A DNA stretch of 63,870 nt, the filler included, from Reticulomyxa filosa (lineage: Eukaryota; Protista; Foraminifera): assembly GCA_000512085.1 (NCBI GenBank). It is 21 parts of 21 records of this genome, joined end to end, with 100 filler letters (N's around TTAATTAATTAA, not from the genome) between each part and the next. Parts side by side here need not be neighbours in the genome. Positions count along the whole stretch, not along the records: positions 37,728 to 39,445 come from ASPP01044793.1; positions 39,546 to 51,151 come from ASPP01005780.1; 19 more parts are not named here. One strand, 5' to 3'. The notes below the pieces were generated by a model that was given only the letters and a program-made list of their open reading frames with translations, did not search any database and was not told the DNA's origin. The first letter of the stretch is position 1. Each line of letters opens with the position of its first letter. Position numbers and translations under genes: made by a program. Positions 37,728 to 51,251 of this stretch are shown here, in pieces.

Positions 37728-39445
37728 GGATGTTCCGTTGGTGAAGCCGTCCATACTACCTGGGCTTGCGTTGGGTGTTCAGTTGGTGGGGCCTCCCATA
37801 CGGTTGGATATTCAGTTGGAGAAGCTGTCCATACAACTTGGGCTTGTGTTGGGTGTTCAGTTGGAGACGCAGTCCATACGACTTGGGTTGGATGTTCAGT
37901 TGGAGAAGCCGTCCAAACAACTTGCGCTTGGGTCGGGTGCTCTGTTGGAGAAGCTGTCCATACGACTTGTGCTTGTGTTGGGTGTTCAGTTGGTGGGGCC
38001 TCCCATACGGTTGGATATTCAGTTGGAGAAGCGGTCCACACGACTTGAGCTTGTGTTGGGTGTTCAGTTGGAGACGCAGTCCAGACAACTTGTGCTTGAG
38101 TTGGGTGCTCAGTTGGAGACGCAGTCCATACAACCTGAGCTTGCGTCGGGTGTTCTGTAGGAGATGCAGTCCAAACTACTTGAGCCATTGTGGGATGTTC
38201 AGTTGGCGAAGCAGTCCAAACGACTTGAGCCATTGTGGGATGTTCTGTTGGAGAAGCTGTCCATACGACTTGAGCTTGTGTTGGGTGTTCCGTTGGTGGG
38301 GCCTCCCATACGGTCGGATGTTCAGTTGGAGAAGCTGTCCATACGACTTGTGCTTGAGTAGGATGTTCCGTTGGTGATGCAGTCCATACAACTTGTGCTT
38401 GAGTTGGGTGCTCAGTTGGAGACGCTGTCCAAACAACTTGGGCTTGCGTGGGATGTTCAGTTGGTGATGCCGTCCAAACGACTTGCGCTTGGGTAGGATG
38501 TTCTGTTGGCGAAGCAGTCCAAACAACTTGCGCTTGAGTTGGATGTTCCGTTGGTGGGGCCTCCCATACGGTCGGATGTTCTGTTGGCGAAGCGGTCCAG
38601 ACCACTTGCGCTTGGGTAGGATGTTCTGTTGGGGATGCTGTCCATACAACTTGTGCTTGCGTAGGATGTTCCGTTGGCGATGCTGTCCACACCACCTGAG
38701 CTTGGGTGGGATGTTCTGTTGGAGAAGCAGTCCAAACGACTTGTGCTTGTGTTGGGTGTTCCGTTGGTGGGGCCTCCCATACGGTTGGGTGTTCAGTTGG
38801 AGAAGCAGTCCAAACTACTTGAGCCATTGTGGGATGTTCAGTTGGCGAAGCAGTCCATACGACTTGCGCTTGTGTCGGGTGTTCAGTTGGCGATGCTGTC
38901 CAAACGACCTGAGCTTGCGTCGGGTGTTCAGTTGGAGATGCAGTCCAGACAACTTGCGCTTGTGTAGGATGCTCCGTTGGAGACGCCGTCCAAACGACTT
39001 GTGCTTGAGTTGGATGTTCAGTAGGAGAAGCGGTCCACACGACTTGGGCCTGTGTCGGGTGTTCAGTTGGAGATGCAGTCCAAACAACTTGAGCTTGGGT
39101 TGGATGTTCCGTCGGTGATGCAGTCCAAACGACTTGCGCTTGAGTAGGATGCTCCGTTGGAGACGCTGTCCAAACTACTTGTGCTTGCGTCGGGTGTTCA
39201 GTTGGTGAAGCTGTCCAAACTACTTGAGCTTGTGTAGGATGCTCAGTTGGAGAAGCTGTCCAAACTACTTGTGCCTGAGTTGGATGTTCCGTCGGTGATG
39301 CCGTCCATACGACTTGCGCTTGAGTAGGATGCTCAGTTGGAGACGCGGTCCAAACGACTTGAGCTTGTGTAGGATGTTCTGTAGGCGATGCGGTCCAGAC
39401 CACTTGTGCTTGTGTTGGGTGTTCCGTTGGTGGGGCCTCCCATAC
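37728..39445 (-). CDS. Pro/Thr-rich tandem-repeat protein (VVWTASPTEHPTQAQ)n, internal fragment
   Basis: The frame is open across the whole 1.7-kb contig. It has about 40 units of 45 nt, plus 33-nt VWEAPPTEHPT variants. DNA differences between units fall almost only at third codon positions in this frame. Confidence 0.85.
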
Positions 39446-39545
39446 NNNNNNNNNNNNNNNNNNNNNNNNNNNNNNNNNNNNNNNNNNNNTTAATTAATTA
39501 ANNNNNNNNNNNNNNNNNNNNNNNNNNNNNNNNNNNNNNNNNNNN

Positions 39546-42500
39546 ATCTGCCGCTGCCATTTGTTCCCACTCTCTTGCACTGCGGCCATGATAAGTGTTG
39601 CGACGACTTCTTCCTCCTCCTTCCTCCTCCTCCTCCTCCTCCCGAAGCCAAGTTGTTTCGAGTGACAATGGCACCATTACTAGCGCGCTTTCTACTCCAT
39701 TTGAGCAAACGCTGATCAATGGATTGATGTTGTGGAACACCCTCATTGGAGTTGAGAACATTGTCTTGCAAATGGTTCCATAACGAGTCTGTCGTCGATA
39801 CCGCACTTTCATTGGCTCCTTCTTTATTAAGTCGCTGTGTCATTTTCTCTTTCTCTTTCTCTGTTTCGCTCGTCACTTTTCTGTCGATGTTCATTGCATT
39901 ACCTGTTTCTGCAGGAGATATCGTTGTCGCCATGGCTGTGGCTGTGGTTGTGGTTGTGGCTATAGCTGTGGCTGTGGCTGTGGTTGTAGGTGTGGCAATA
40001 GTTGTGGTTGTGACTGCAGCTGCGTTTGTCGTTGTCATCATAGTTGTAGCTGTGGCTGTGGCTGTGATGGTCGTTGTGGCTGTCGTCGTTGTCGTGTTCG
40101 CTTTGGACTTTGTCTTTTTATTGTTTGAATGGGATGCTGATTTATTTGAAGTGGTGATGCGTGAGACATCGGCGGCCATCTCTTTTCGCTGCTGCTTTGA
40201 AGTGTGATGACCTCCTTTAGTACTCGTCCCTTGTGTTATCGTGGTCGCTCTCTGCATTGGCGTGCTCGATCGAAGCACTTTCTGCGACGCAAACTTTTGC
40301 ATTGGAGGGAACGCATGTTCACGAGTCACAAGACTGGTCGTTTCATCGCTCTCCGCTGCTGGCTCTTCTGTTGCTCGTGGAGAGGTACTCTTTTTAAAAA
40401 GAGGGGCATTGCAAATGTGACATTGTTCATTCCAAAAAAAAAAAAAATAAAGACAGAGAGATAAATACGAAACAGCAGACACTTGGACATCCGAAATTAA
40501 GTTGGTCGTGGACACCACAGGAGACGTATTGCTGGCATTGGAAAACAAAGTGGTGGTGGAAAGCCTTTTCAAATTGGAATTTTTTTTGCTATTGACAATG
40601 CCTTTTCCTCGATTGAAAAACATACTATCTACGACCGCTTTCGGGGTATTGCCACTTACCAGACCGGTGCCTCCATTCACTTGTTTTTGAGTTCGATGCG
40701 ATTTGTTCTTTTGATCAAGCATTTGATTGGGATGAGTCCGTTCATGTTTTTTTTTATTTTTGCTTTTGCCTTTGCTTTTACTCGAGTTTGGCTCCACGTT
40801 GGTGTTGGTGTTGTTGTTGCTGGACATTACAGGAACCGCGGACGTTGATGTGTTTGTAGACGTGGTTATGACAGTTGCCGTGGCTGTGGTCACTGTTGGC
40901 ATTGGAGTCTGGCTCAAATTGTTCACTGTCATTCCATTGTCGTTTTTGTTGTTTGTAGGCAGAATTGCTGATGCTTCATTTTTTGACTGTGTGATACTTG
41001 CTTTTTCGCTTGATTCCATTTCTTTTGTGAAATTTATCAATATTATATACATATATTAGAAATATACATATACGTGTATGTTGTATTAAATACCATTGGA
41101 GGTAATCATTCCAAGTCTTTGGTTTTCTGCAGAAAAAGTTTTGGCTTGGTATTCCAATATTTGCGGCAATGCGTTGGACGAAGCAGTATGAGCATTGTTG
41201 GTGCCATGGTGGAATGACGCAAATGACTGCGATGTGGGTGTCCCTGCTGGTTCCCCCAACGACTGCGGACGTGTCAGCGTCGAATTTGCCATGTTGTTAT
41301 TTACACTTATCACCGACACGCTTGCTGACGTGGTTATACTTGACATCCATGATTCACTTGACTTGTGATGTATCGATATACTTTTTTTTTTTTTTTCCAA
41401 CAGCCTCAAGCATTAAAAAGTATAGGGTCAATGTGTATGTAAGGAAAGGAAATAGACCTTTCATCTTGGACATGGCCGTGTTCATGAACATGTGATGTAG
41501 AAGGGTGACGTGGGGTGGGCTCGTCCATTTCGCCATGGTTGGTCTCCCTTTTTTCTTCTTCGTCGTGTTCGGGAGGAATGGGTCCGTTAATCGACTCGGG
41601 TTCGTGGTTATCTATTGAGTGAGGATCGAGAGGAGGGCGTTTGTTGGACATGGCATTCAAGGCGCCATGAGGGGAGTTTAAAGAGGAAAACACATCTGAA
41701 TTCAACGAGGGAGCACGTAGCACGTCCCCCAAATTTGATGACGCCATACGTGCTCTTATTTTTTCAGGATTGTCCAGCAAATGGCTTGGCATATCTTCAA
41801 ATGTGCTTTGTAGCAATTGCAATGCCTTATAAAACGAGGGTAGCCACTGCTCCATTTCATTCTTTTTTTTTTTTTTTTTTACGTTCATTTTTTTGTACTT
41901 TGCAGTGTTGTTGCTATTAAAAAAAAAAACAAAAAAAATATCAACTCTTTTCAAAGCATCACTGGTAAGTTTTCTTTTCATGCTGGGATGCTGTTGTTGA
42001 TTCTCATGACTTGTCTTGTGGCTCATGTCATTATTAACATTTGCATCACGATCATTTGCAACGTTTTGATGCGAAATCGTGGCAATGTCATTATTGTGAT
42101 TGTTATTATTATTCATGTGACTCGATGTTTGTCCCGCAAATGGCTGGGGAACGTTTCTAATATTTGCTTTGTCATCAATATTGTTCCCAGGCTCTTTCGC
42201 TTCATTTTCATTCGCTTTTTTATTTGGGTTACTATCCTCTTGAAATGTAAATACACCTCGATTTGACAGGACTGCCTGCTGACCAGGGTCATACTTTTTA
42301 GCGTCGATTGGTTTTGTCTTAGTTTTTATCTTTGCTTGTGTTTGCGTGTTTGCTTTTTCTTTCGGCTTTGGCTTTGTCCTCATGTTCAGCTGTGCGTGCT
42401 GTCCTTGCGTTTTCACCGAGACGTTGGTCACATTACTCATTATACTGATTGCTCCAATACTTGGTGAGGTGGGATAGCCTCCTGACACATACCCGCTTTC

Positions 42501-42701
42501 TTTGTTATTTATTGCTCCCACTTTGCTATCGTGGCTTAACTCGATCCCATTTGCCGTGTCGCTCGACAACACCAACGGAATACTATTTGGATCGTCGCTC
42601 ATGTCTGTGTGTTTTGAAACTTGCTGAGAGAAGAAACCACGCTCTGAATCATCTAATTCTATACCCTTCTCCACATCCATTCTGCCTGGATTTTGGGTCA
42701 T
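39546..42701 (-). CDS. Large low-complexity (S/T/N-rich, probably disordered) protein, multi-exon
   Basis: The co-oriented ORFs 41406-42701, 41086-41409 and 39546-41052 are separated by GT-AG introns (e.g. 41945-41862). No domain recognised. Confidence 0.6.
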
Positions 42702-43108
42702 TTCATCTGCGGTGGTTTTACCTCAGCAAAGTCGACTATTCCTACAAATAAAGATTTTTTTCTTTTACTCTCGTTGGGAACAACAGCAAAAATCTCTATT
42801 TCGTCAAGAAAATGTGTTGCATATTAAATAATGCAGCGCTTTGAGACTGGATTGAAAATATTGCAAAATACAAATATTCAATATTGATTTTTAGTATTAA
42901 CAACACAAAGAAGCAGACTACTAGTGAAACAAGCCCAGTCGAAAAAATACTAAAGAATTTTTTTCTAAGCATCGTTGGACGCATTGAAAAAAAACGAAAA
43001 ATATATAAGCTATAAGCATATCGAAAAAAATACCTTTAACAAGTGATACTGTACAGAAAGAATTTGTGGTGAGTGATATTCGACACTTTGTAGTACAAAA
43101 AAAACAAC

Positions 43109-46105
43109 ATGAATGAACGGCAAATGAAAGAGGAAAATACCACGCTGAGACTAGTGCTTTCTCAAGTGCAGAGTACGTTTGTGGAAGGGTTGGGAGAAGT
43201 GACACAATTGTTAAGCGAATGGAGACAAGAATTGAAGGAAGAGTTTTTGATAGCATTAAACACGAAAATGACAAACACTCAAGAAAAAATTAAGCTTATC
43301 ATCACAGCAGATCCTACTGTCTCACAAGCTAAGTTTGGTCAGTGCTTTGATTTTTTTGTTATTGCCAAGGAAAGCAAAATAAAACGAAATGGAATAAATC
43401 TCATCGAATCAAACGGACAAATAATATAACAGCAACAAGATCATATCAGAAGAAGTGAAGCAAATAGAGCAAGAAAGAAAGACCTGGGAGAAACAAAAAG
43501 CTAAAGGTATGGAAATGATTAATGCACTGCAGCGTAAAAATAATGAATTGGAACAACAACTAATGGCATTGAGTACGGAAGTCCAAAAGCATAAAGAAGA
43601 AGAACAGCGATGGCAGCAAGAGAGAGCAGTAGGTTACGAATTAATGGCCAAGTATCAAAAGCAGATACAAGCGCTTCAAAAGGATTCTTCTCAGCGCCAA
43701 TCTCTTCTCGCTTCTTCAAATGATTTTATTCAAAATCCTCATGTACTTTTTTCTTTTTTGGAAGGGGATTAAGACAAACCACTTTGGATACTGCACAGTA
43801 TAAATGCATGTTCAACATCCAAAATGAAAACATACAAAAACAGGACATAATTTTAGAATTAACGAATGAAGTGGAACAATCTCACTTTACAGTGAGCACT
43901 TTGCAAGCGACAGCAGACAGACTGGCCTCTGAAAACAAACGTCTATGGAAGGAAATCATGGCATTGCGGGATCGCAAAGATGAGCGCATCCTTCAACAAA
44001 TTCAGTCTTTAGATCCCTCTTTATCTTATTCCAATGGAGTATTATTTTCCGCTGTTCCTTTAAATGAAAATGTACAATGGGAGTTCTCGTTTTGTTTTGT
44101 TTTTTCCATTTATGTGTGTACGTATTCTTCTTGTTTTCTCTTTCATAGGCGGAACTTGTTCGATTGAAAAATTTAATTGAGCTGGGGAAAAAGACACTCA
44201 CTGCGCAGACTGAGGTTTGCAAAGGCTTTTTTTTTTCCTTTCTTTACAAAGATACAACGTATTCATACGCACCAAATAAATGTACTTTTTTTTTTTGACC
44301 CATCACACCAAAATAAAAAAAGGAAATAGAAAAATTATCAATCGAAAACAAATCTCTGAACGAACAAATTCATAATTTGACAGGAATATTGAAAGAAAAG
44401 GGGTTATTCAAAACGTATCGTCCGGGAACAATGACGGATTGGAAAGAGAAAGATTTGCAAGAACTTCAGGCAGAAATGGTTAAAGAAAGAACTCAAATGC
44501 AAAGAGAAGATTTGAAACGCATATTTGAACGCCAAGAACAAATTTATTGGCAACAACCACAAGACAATGACAATGATAATAACAATAATAATAATAACGA
44601 GAATGATAATGCAGGCGATTCAAAATCAATACCATCGACTACAAACACACAACCCAGTGGCAGTGCAATTCCATCTGGTCATAATCAAACTAGAACAATG
44701 TCATGGAATGAAAGTGACTTTCAAACTGCCAAAAATGAGATGATGGCACAATTGAAACAATTGAAAGATCAACAAATTGCTGAAATGCTCGAAAAACAAG
44801 ATGCTCTGCGAATGCAAAAAACTGATGATACTGCTAAACATTTGCATGTTAAACTCCCCAACTGTGTTTTTTAAAATATTTGTATGTTATATTCACTGTC
44901 ACAAAAAATACATATACATTGCATATGTTAAATATGTGCATGCACGTGAAGGAATTGGAAGAATTTGAACCCATAAACGAATCACCAAAAGAGTCACGAC
45001 CATCGAATTTAATTAGTGGAAGAAATGAGATTACACTCCGAGGAGACCAAATAAACCAATTACGGAATGAAATGATGGCAGAAATGAACCGATTACATTT
45101 GCAATCCATGAGGGAAATGGTCGAAAGAGAAGAAAAATTACGTTGGAATGTTAAGTTATTTTTATTGAAATTGATAACAGATTATTTTTGTGTTTGCAAT
45201 TCTGACGAAACAATCAAACAACAGACCCAAGACGAAAAAAAACAAACAAACTTGATGACTGAAGAAATGGCAACGAATATTAAGTCGAATGACTTAGAAA
45301 AAATGCAACAAGAGATGATGATGGAACTTCATGAAATTACGAAAAGAGAAATTAATAATCGATTTGAAAAGCAATTCCAACTTCGTGCATTGTCCAATAC
45401 TAATGAAGACAATGCAAATAACGAAAACATACCAAATTCAGATATTCATCATTCAGAGGAAAATTTGGAAAAATTGCGAGAAGACATGTTGAATGAATTT
45501 AATAATGCACAAAGGACAGCCTTGAATGCCTTATTTGAAAGACAAACAAAAATTCGTTGGACTGGCTATGATAATAATAACCTTTCAAATGACTCTTCTT
45601 TGCCTTTTACAAAAGATACAAAGAAAGACAAAAATATCAGTCCCAATGATAATAGCAACAACAATGAAAAAAAGAAACAAGAAGAAACAGACATTTGCTC
45701 GACTCCAGAATTTAAAAATATGAAGTCACAATTAGAAGAAAAAATCACAGAATTGAATCGACAGTTTGAAGATGAACAAAAACAAAAAGATGAATTGCAA
45801 CAACAATTTAAAGAAACAATGAATAATTATGAAAGCAAATTAATTGATGTCACCAATTCAAAAAATGCGTTGCAACATGAAATAGCGAGATTAACTGATT
45901 CAAAAGTCATTTTAATCAAAACGATATCATGGGAATTAAATAATTTAAGGTATATATACCATATTTCTTGCACACCATTATTTTATTGTTTTTGTACTAT
46001 GTTGCTAACAGGAGAGTAATCAATGCGTTGTTGCAAATTGATTCTTGTAAAGAAATAACTAAAATGCTTCTTGATGATCCTTTGTTTACATCATTTCGAA
46101 AATGA
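43109..46105 (+). CDS. Multi-exon coiled-coil protein with five copies of a ~33-aa motif
   Basis: Co-oriented heptad-rich exons run from 43109 to 45949. The last exon RVINALLQ...FRK* ends at 46105. The repeated motif is EM..E........E[RK]Q..[IL]RW. Confidence 0.65.
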
Positions 46106-46660
46106 AATATTTGCATTACTGTATATTGCACATTGTGAAGAAATTAATAACAGCTTATTTCGTTGTTTGAACATTTGTTGTGATTTAGAAGGTGTGTTTT
46201 TGTTTTGAACGCTCACATACATATGATGATATATGACCACTGGAAATATATCATTTCGTCGTGAAAAATACTATTTTTCGTCATAATCACGAAACTTTTA
46301 AAGTATCAGCCGCAAGGAAGATGCGGCAAGCCCTACGTATTGATTTTTGCGTTTTCTATTAACATACAATTAAAACTTCAAATACAATATTTGCATTTCT
46401 ACCTTTTTTTATCAGCACTGTTAGCTTGTTCAGAGACACAATAAATTATTCCACAAATATTCCAACTGAACCAAGTCCTATCACAAAATGATTGATAGAA
46501 AGCTAATATTCATCAATATACATGTTTCAAGTGTCCCTGATTTACAAAGTAACAAATGCAAAAATGCTTGCATTTTTAATGAAAAATTGCCATTAATTTA
46601 TTAAATGGACACAAATTATTTCGTCAAATTACATCAATTGAAACATATAAATCAAAAAGG

Positions 46661-48669
46661 TCAATTCATCCTCCAAATCCGAATGGGACCTTTATGTGAG
46701 CCATAACATAAATTAACACCATAATCACTAGTGTTCCTTTCTTTCTTTTTCAATGGTACAAATTTAAGACAAAATATGCCATCATCTGCTTTGTTTTCTC
46801 CTTTGATCAAATATAATTCTTTTTTATTTGACCGAATGTCCCAAAAACGAATTGTGTTATCTCTTGATCCAGAACATATTACATTTGAACTGCTACCAAC
46901 TTCGTGACTACTCTTTATCGCAAATGGTGGATAGTCAACAGCCCATACGGTATCTGTATGCCCATTGAACTTTTGAATTTGTTTACTAAATCGAATATCC
47001 CACAAACGAACGCTTTTATCCATTGATCCTGATAATATTGTATTCGAACCACTAATAGCTCCTAATTCATTTGATCCATATTTTACACTTCTCACATAGT
47101 TTTCATGTCCTCCAAAAATGATCAATTGCTTGGATGTTTCGATATCCCACATACAAATGGTATTATCCAATGACCCAGAACAAATTGTATATCCATTACC
47201 GCCAATCACACCAATGCTATTATTTTTATTATTATTGTTGCTTTGCAATGGTGAAAAATCAACACACCAAACGCCACTTGTGTGCCCACTGAAAACATGT
47301 AATGATTTGTATGTTTCAATATCCCATAAACGAATAGTATAATCCCCAGAGCCAGAACACAAATATCGACTACCATTAAACGGTGAGAACTCAATACCAC
47401 AAACACTACCGTCGTGTCCACTGGGCAATTGCAATTGTTGATTATGTTTAATATCCCAAAAACGAATTGTTTTGTCATCAGACGAAAAATATATGACATC
47501 ACGACAATAATTATAATAATGATATGGTGAAAATTTCACACAATTTACACAACTTGAATGTCCATCGAATATTCGAATTTGTTTGCTAGTTTCTACATCC
47601 CATACACGAACTGTTTTATCATCTGATCCAGAACAAATTAATTGACAATCATTGAATGTTGAATAATCAATACTATTCACCCAATCTGTATGTCCAGTGA
47701 AAGTTTTAAGTAATTTAGATGTTGTACCGGATAGATCAAAGGCTAGAGTTGATGATGATAAAGTAGAAGACGGATAGCCTTCTTTTTTGTTTAATTTTTT
47801 TCTTCTTCTTTGTGTTGATTTGATTTTTGAAGTAATTGTTCATAATTTTGAGTTAATTTAGCATTTTTCTCTTCCAATAATTTAACTAATTTATCATGAT
47901 TAGATAGAATATGTTTTTCTTTTTCATTAAAATCTTTTTTGATTGTTTCAATATCCACGCGATATTTTAGCAATTCTTGCTGAAAATTTCTTTCCATTTG
48001 TTTGATTTGATTATCTTTTTCAATAATATATTTATCTTTCAATTGAATTTCTTGTTTCATGGATTGTAATAGCCGAGTAACTAAATCAAAATGTAATTTC
48101 ATATTCTCTATCAAGTGATTATTTAAATTGTGTTTGAAGCAGGTATGATTACAACCAAATGATTCAAACCAACAATTAACTAGATTCAAACGGCATTCAT
48201 TGGTTAAATGAGTATTTAAATCTTTTAATTTTCCTTTAAAATCACATTTAATCAATCCAGGAGTTTCTCCTTCTCCTTCAGTTTCATGTGCTGTTTTCAA
48301 CTCCTGTTCAAATTGTCTTATACAAATCACTGTTAAGTCACCAATTTGTCTTCTCACAACATTGTTCCTTGAGTACTGACAATTGTCATGTGGTTGAATT
48401 GGACAAGAATTATTGTTATCTTTAAGAAATAATTTTAAACAATGCTCTCCAGAAATTAATGATTCATCCATGCTTGCATGTTGTGGGCATTCTATTTCCA
48501 TTGGATTGTTTGCAATTTGTTTGCAAATCAAACAAATGAAATGTTTAATGTATTCTTCTTGGTATAATCGTAAAATCCAGTCTTTGTTAAAGCAGGACTG
48601 CTCAAGAGAAAGCGAAGTTACTTCATTCTTTACTTCATCTTTTGCGACTTCTTCGTTCGCTTGCTTCAT
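46661..48669 (-). CDS. RING-like / TRAF-type Zn finger / coiled coil / WD40 protein (TRAF7-like architecture)
   Basis: CLICKQIANNPMEIECPQH..GEHCL..CPIQPH and CDFKGKLKDLNTHLTNECRLNLVNCWFESFGC are followed by a coiled coil and about 7 WD40 repeats. Adding one A to the A7 run near 47795 joins ORFs 47791-48669 and 46661-47680. Confidence 0.82.
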
Positions 48670-49091
48670 TGTCTTTCTTTTTTTGCTGTTTTCTTATTTA
48701 TAAATAACAAAAAAAGAGATTTTTAGAGTTGAATTCCTGTCAAAAAAACTCTGTATTTTTACAGAAAAAGAAGTTGAAAGTCAAAAACTAATGTAAAAGT
48801 CTACAATGTGCAAAAAATCGTTATTTTTGGAAAAAGCTTGTTTTGATGAACAAATACTAAATATACTAAATTAACGTCAGCATTTTGTTTGCATATCCGC
48901 CACAAAATTCCTCGTATTAGAATAGTGCTAAATGATTAGAATTAGGGCGAAAAATGTTAGAATTGTAAAAAGTTGTTTTCTATTATTCATGGACACTAGC
49001 TAAAGGGAGAGGTAAAATGTATTAAACAAGGTAACAAAGATATTTTGAACGGAGAAGAAAAAAGAGATGATATCTCATTGAAATTTCAAAG

Positions 49092-50860
49092 TTAGTCATC
49101 ATAACTAAATTGGTTGGTTCCTTGTAAGAGAGTTAAAGAATAGTTGCCAGTGAAATCTTTACAAGTTGTATGAACAAGGCCGTACGCTTTGTTGTAGAGT
49201 AAAGGCATGCGCATATGTGCACTATCTTTGATGAGTACCTCCTCAACGAAAAAAGCGTCATTAATTCTGTCAAGAACGCCACAAATAAGTACTGCGTCAG
49301 GTTTTTTATTTTTTTCTTTTTCTTTTGATGCTCGTTTTCGTTTGGGTATTTCGTCGAGTTTGGCCACCAAAATCCCATTTTTGTAAAAACAAAGAGATGT
49401 ATTTTGATTAGTTTGGTCCACCCAAATTGATATCCAATCACCTCGTGTATAAAATGGAAGGTCGTCACAGATTGCATTTCCTTTCATTTGAATGCTTCCC
49501 TTTCTGTCATCTAATCTTGGATATGAATCATCTTCATCTTCAGTTTGATCGTCTTCAAATTCATTTTCATTTTCTTCTTCTTCTTCTTCATTTTCTTCTT
49601 CTTCTTCTTCATTTTCTTCTTCATTTTCTTCATTTTCTTCTTCCTCTTCTTCTTCTTCCTCTTCTTCTTCCTCTTCTTCTTCCTCTTCTTCTTCCTCTTC
49701 ATCTTCATTTATTGGATATGAGCTAGACCTTTCAGTGACTGACAACGAACTGTAAACACAGATCGAAATACATTTTGTGATACATTTGTATATACAATAT
49801 ATGTATAACGGAATGCCTGTTATTGGTGGATCGAAATGAAATAGACGATGCAAATATGCTATTGATGAAAGAATGTCGGGCCCCATAATAAAAGACAGCA
49901 TCGGCAGAGTATTCCAGACTCTGTACGCCATTGTACGTATTTTTTTCAATTAGTCCCAGCCACATTTCATCGCCTTTTATTTTATTTTATCTTTTTTTAA
50001 ATAAAATGAAAAATGGATTGATCAGCGACGCAACTTTTTCCTAAAACAAAGATATTAATAAGGAGACGGGGAGCAATGATAGGCATGTCGCTGCAAACAT
50101 TTACAAAATCGACTTTCGAGCTTTTAAAATGGACAATGCTATTCGAATGATTCCATTTCACCACTTTTCTTAATTCGTCTTCACGTGTTAATGAGTTCCA
50201 TCGCATGCCTACGTTCCCTCCCAAAAAAAAGCACAATAAAATGCATTCAGTTTACAAAATAAATAAAATACCGCCGACATATCCGGTGATAATATCAAAA
50301 ATATAATGATCCATAGATAGTTGGAATTGATTGATTGTGACATCACTCAATATTTGTTTGAGATTGAGTCGCATGGGCTCGTTTGAGTCATAACAAAACA
50401 ATGCAATATTGAATGCAATAAAATCGAGCTCTCCTCTTCCTGTATGGTCATACTTGCTGATGCTCTTCAACGATATAATTCCAGAATTAAAATAATATTT
50501 TTTGATTATCAGGCACAACTCATAGCAACTTGGAACTAATTTTCCCCACAATTTGTTTTTCATTTCAATATTTTCGATTGAATTAATTTGGTTATTTGCT
50601 TTGTTTGCATCGCTTGTCACTTCTTCGTTACCTAGACCAATGTTTACCTTGTCGTTTTCTCCTGTCATGTCTTCCACTACGGAAGTATTTTTAAAGGAGC
50701 ACCAAGAAAATGTCTTGCACTTTTCACATTTCACGTTATACGATAGAGGAAAATTACAGACACGACAATTGATATCGCCCGATATTTCCATTCTTTCGAG
50801 GCTAGCCTCAAATTTTTTATGTAATCTGAAGGGACATTCAACGTTTCTCTTTGAAAACAA
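49092..50860 (-). CDS. Hypothetical multi-exon protein with poly-Glu tract and possible SPRY-like C-terminus
   Basis: Co-oriented ORFs with CxxC pairs (CRVC, CEKC) and a long (GAA)n tract. YTRGDWISIWVD...LCFYKNG resembles the SPRY GDxIGxxxD...FYKNG strand pattern. Confidence 0.45.
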
Positions 50861-50968
50861 TACATTTTCTTCATGTAAAATTATTATTATATTTCATATA
50901 GAAACATTTTTATTCACACTGACTATCTTTTTTGCACATATTTTAGAGCTTCGTTGTTAAAAAATTAA

Positions 50969-51151
50969 TACAGATAAAAAAGAAAGTTGACACCTAAAAT
51001 GCCACCTTATAGAGATGATTGTGTTTCTCCATGAAAAAACAACATTTAATCAAAATTTTTTTTTAAAAAATATCTACGAATCGTGTAGTTTTTAAATATC
51101 ATTTTGGTTTTTCAAAAATTTTATTCTTTCATTTGATTTGGTAAAATTTCT
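50969..51151 (+). mobile_element. Tc1/mariner long terminal inverted repeat (family B) at contig end
   Basis: TA+CAGATAAAAAAGAAAGTTGACACCTAAAATGCCACCTTATAGAGATGATTGTGTTTCTC... It is the reverse complement of about 26615-26797. Confidence 0.85.
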
Positions 51152-51251
51152 NNNNNNNNNNNNNNNNNNNNNNNNNNNNNNNNNNNNNNNNNNNNTTAAT
51201 TAATTAANNNNNNNNNNNNNNNNNNNNNNNNNNNNNNNNNNNNNNNNNNNN

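Noticed and set aside
37728-39445. Regular 45-bp array resembling a CRISPR array or satellite
   Set aside because: There are no unique spacers and no cas genes. Variation is confined to synonymous positions of one open frame, so it is a coding repeat. The other-frame ORFs here are shadows.
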